Shown: positions 61,831-64,000 of the stretch, piece by piece
Numbering within the stretch: position 1 is the stretch's first letter
Layout of the letters: each line of letters starts with the position of its first letter
NCBI RefSeq assembly: GCF_039654945.1
Contig: NW_027361792.1
Location: forward strand, 2,232,001-2,296,000
Reading direction: 5' to 3'
Length of the DNA stretch: 64,000 nucleotides
Source of the DNA: Dendrobates tinctorius
Taxonomy: Eukaryota
The notes under the pieces: model-generated
Databases searched by the model: none
Seen by the model: the letters and a program-made list of their open reading frames with translations, nothing else
What the model was told of the DNA's origin: nothing
Program-made: the position numbers and the translations under genes

Positions 61831-62762
61831 TTTCTACCCTCTTGGACCTGTTATTCTTCTAACAAAAAAATAAAAAGTAAATCAATGGCGGTTTATAGTT
61901 CCATGTAATAACACATTGGCACCTATTGTGCTCTGCTTTCCCCTCTCAAGTTTTTGGGTAAAGTGATGATAGCACCTTTCTTTTCCCGTGAGTGAACACC
62001 TATAGTAAATGCACATGATGATATAAATTCCAAGTCTATACAGTCACATAGAGCCCCGAATAATGCAAACGTTCATGCGATTGACATAAGCCAGAGTTTA
62101 CTTTACTAGAATAAACACTAAAGGAACAAAAGTAAACCTCACAAATCAATCAGGCTGATACATTCCATCTCTGCATTAGATCCGTATGCCCCCAAGCTCC
62201 AGGCCTCCCTCGTTGGTGCAAGGTAAATATCATTTCCCGCGCTCAGATTGAGGTTGACTGTAGCAATCATATAATAATGAAGGTCAGCATTTGTGGTCAT
62301 TTTACATTATGAATGACTTGTGTTCTGAAAAGTTTTATGCCCGGTCCTTTAATTCAGACTATTTAACAATTTCCTAGGTTGGTCACAGTCCGTGAGCAGT
62401 CACCGCCTTACGGCGACTACTCTACTAGCAATGCGTGAAAAGTCCGGAACAAGCTAGGAGCAGTCAGTGGCAGAGGAGACGGGATGTGATAATCCAAAAG
62501 ATGAGCCCAAGACGTAATCAGGAGACGACCAGGGGTCAACACCAGGAAACTAAACTACAACTTTGACTAATTTTAAGAAGCAAGACCGAGAGAAGGTCAA
62601 GGTCAGTGTCAAAACATAAGGAAACTAGCACCAAAGAATGTAGGTGTACCTGATACACGGGCAATGTGTCCGCTGTTACAAAAATGGGTCCGGCTCGCCG
62701 TAATAGACGTGCTTAGGTGTTCAGAGCCCGGGAATCGCTTCGTCAAGGCGTGAAGCAATCAC

Positions 62763-63278
62763 AAAACAGGAGAAAATCCAGCTCAACAAACTTGTGAGCA
62801 AACTTCTTCCTTCATTCACTGAAAGTGCTCAGTAGAGGATAAAACAGATTCAGAGATGTAAGTTACATGGTATGCGACATCGGCGCTTTTAAGTTGACTG
62901 CGCACCCTTAATTTATTAAAGGTGCACATATGCAAATTGCCACTTCAAAGAGAAAGAGGACTTGAACTCTACAGCGCCACCTGCTGGTAGTGGCAATCCT
63001 ACAAGTCACAATCAACCCTTTAACGAGTCTTGTAATGTGACTTAGGATTAAAGCCAAATCAGAACCTCAATTTGCAGGCACGGTGTTTCTGGCTATTGGC
63101 CCTCATCAGTGCAAAGTATGAGAACTGATTTGGCTAAGTGAGAGGCGCACAGTCACTGGAAACGCATCGATGTCGCATACCATCGCTAATTATGTTTTAA
63201 CCTCAACTGAGCACTTTCAGTGAATAAAGAAAAAAAGTTTGTTCACAAGTTCCGGTGAGCTGGATTTTCTCCTGTTTT
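62763..63278. mobile_element. Inverted-repeat cassette, probably Penelope-like element derived
   Basis: ~140-bp imperfect inverted arms (62763-62908, 63144-63278) around a hammerhead-like motif. Confidence 0.6.
63052..63135 (-). ncRNA. Minimal type I hammerhead ribozyme motif, degenerate
   Basis: UUUGCA-CUGAUGA-GGGCCAAUAGCCA-GAAA-CACCGUG-CC-UGCAAA, with stem I extended by AGCCAAAUCAG/CUGAUUUGGCU. Confidence 0.7.
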
Positions 63279-64000
63279 AATGTCCTCTGTTCCAGAACTG
63301 CAGCTAGGAAAGGTGAAATTTGAATTTTACATAGAGAGTAAAATAAAAAAAATATCCCCAGCTCGTGCGCTGTGTCCACTGGTGGCAGAAATCATCTCAT
63401 TATCATCAAATATCAGTATTCGGATGTCAGGTAGCGCCTCTGATATAGAGCGGGAAGCCGGTAATACAGGAGGTACTGAGAACCAGCTCCCCTCCTTCAT
63501 CAGTCTCCGCGCAGTGACCTCTGCATTTGTCACAGTGCATGCCCACAACACAATCCCATAGAACTTCTAATGAATGAACTTCTATGTGACAAGTAGAAGC
63601 AGCTGCACTGATGATTTAGAAACATCCAGCATATCGGGGTTAACGTGGTTACAGGTGACAGGGAGTGGTCAGCACAGCCCCAAGGGATTCTGGGAAAGTT
63701 GTTGTTGTGTCAGGTAACTCCAGCAGAAAGAAGCAGTGTGAAGCCTCCTGTCAGACTGAACTAAGGTAAGTTGCCAAGACCAGTTCTTTCAGGGAAGTGA
63801 CTGCTGGAAGCATTGAGGCAGTCAGGCCAGCCAGGAGAGATCTGAGTGTGAGAGACAGCACTGGACTCATCCCCCCTCCACCTCACTGCATGATGACGGG
63901 AGAGTGCCACTCTGTGTAAAGACACTGTGTGTGGAGAGATTTTCATATGTGGTTGCTGGAAGCATTGTACAAAGAGAACTGATTCTGTGTGATGAAAAGA

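Overview
Eukaryotic, vertebrate-type DNA, most likely from a frog, judged from the TE repertoire (T2/Kolobok, Harbinger and hAT MITEs, V-SINE, TTAA element with ~394-bp internal repeats). The only host coding sequence I can support is the first coding exon of a creb3l1 (OASIS)-like gene on the minus strand (23753-23845), with a GC-rich leader/promoter at ~23850-24650. Sequence to its left is intron 1 (no exon 2 seen) and sequence to its right is upstream intergenic DNA. The rest is repeats: (1) a near-intact, young Gmr1-like LTR retrotransposon (SCAN-like Gag, PR-IN-RT-RH order, tRNA-Ala PBS, three nonsense codons); (2) two solo LTRs with TSDs; (3) a DD35E Tc1-superfamily element carrying two nested non-autonomous Helitrons and a minisatellite; (4) two copies of another Tc1 family; (5) a piggyBac-type TTAA element with telomere-like repeats nested in a Harbinger MITE; (6) a Penelope-like inverted-repeat cassette with a degenerate hammerhead ribozyme; (7) seven unrelated large minisatellites covering about a fifth of the window. 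All long low-complexity ORFs in the track are artefacts of these minisatellites. I found no convincing wholly new system; the best leads are listed as findings.
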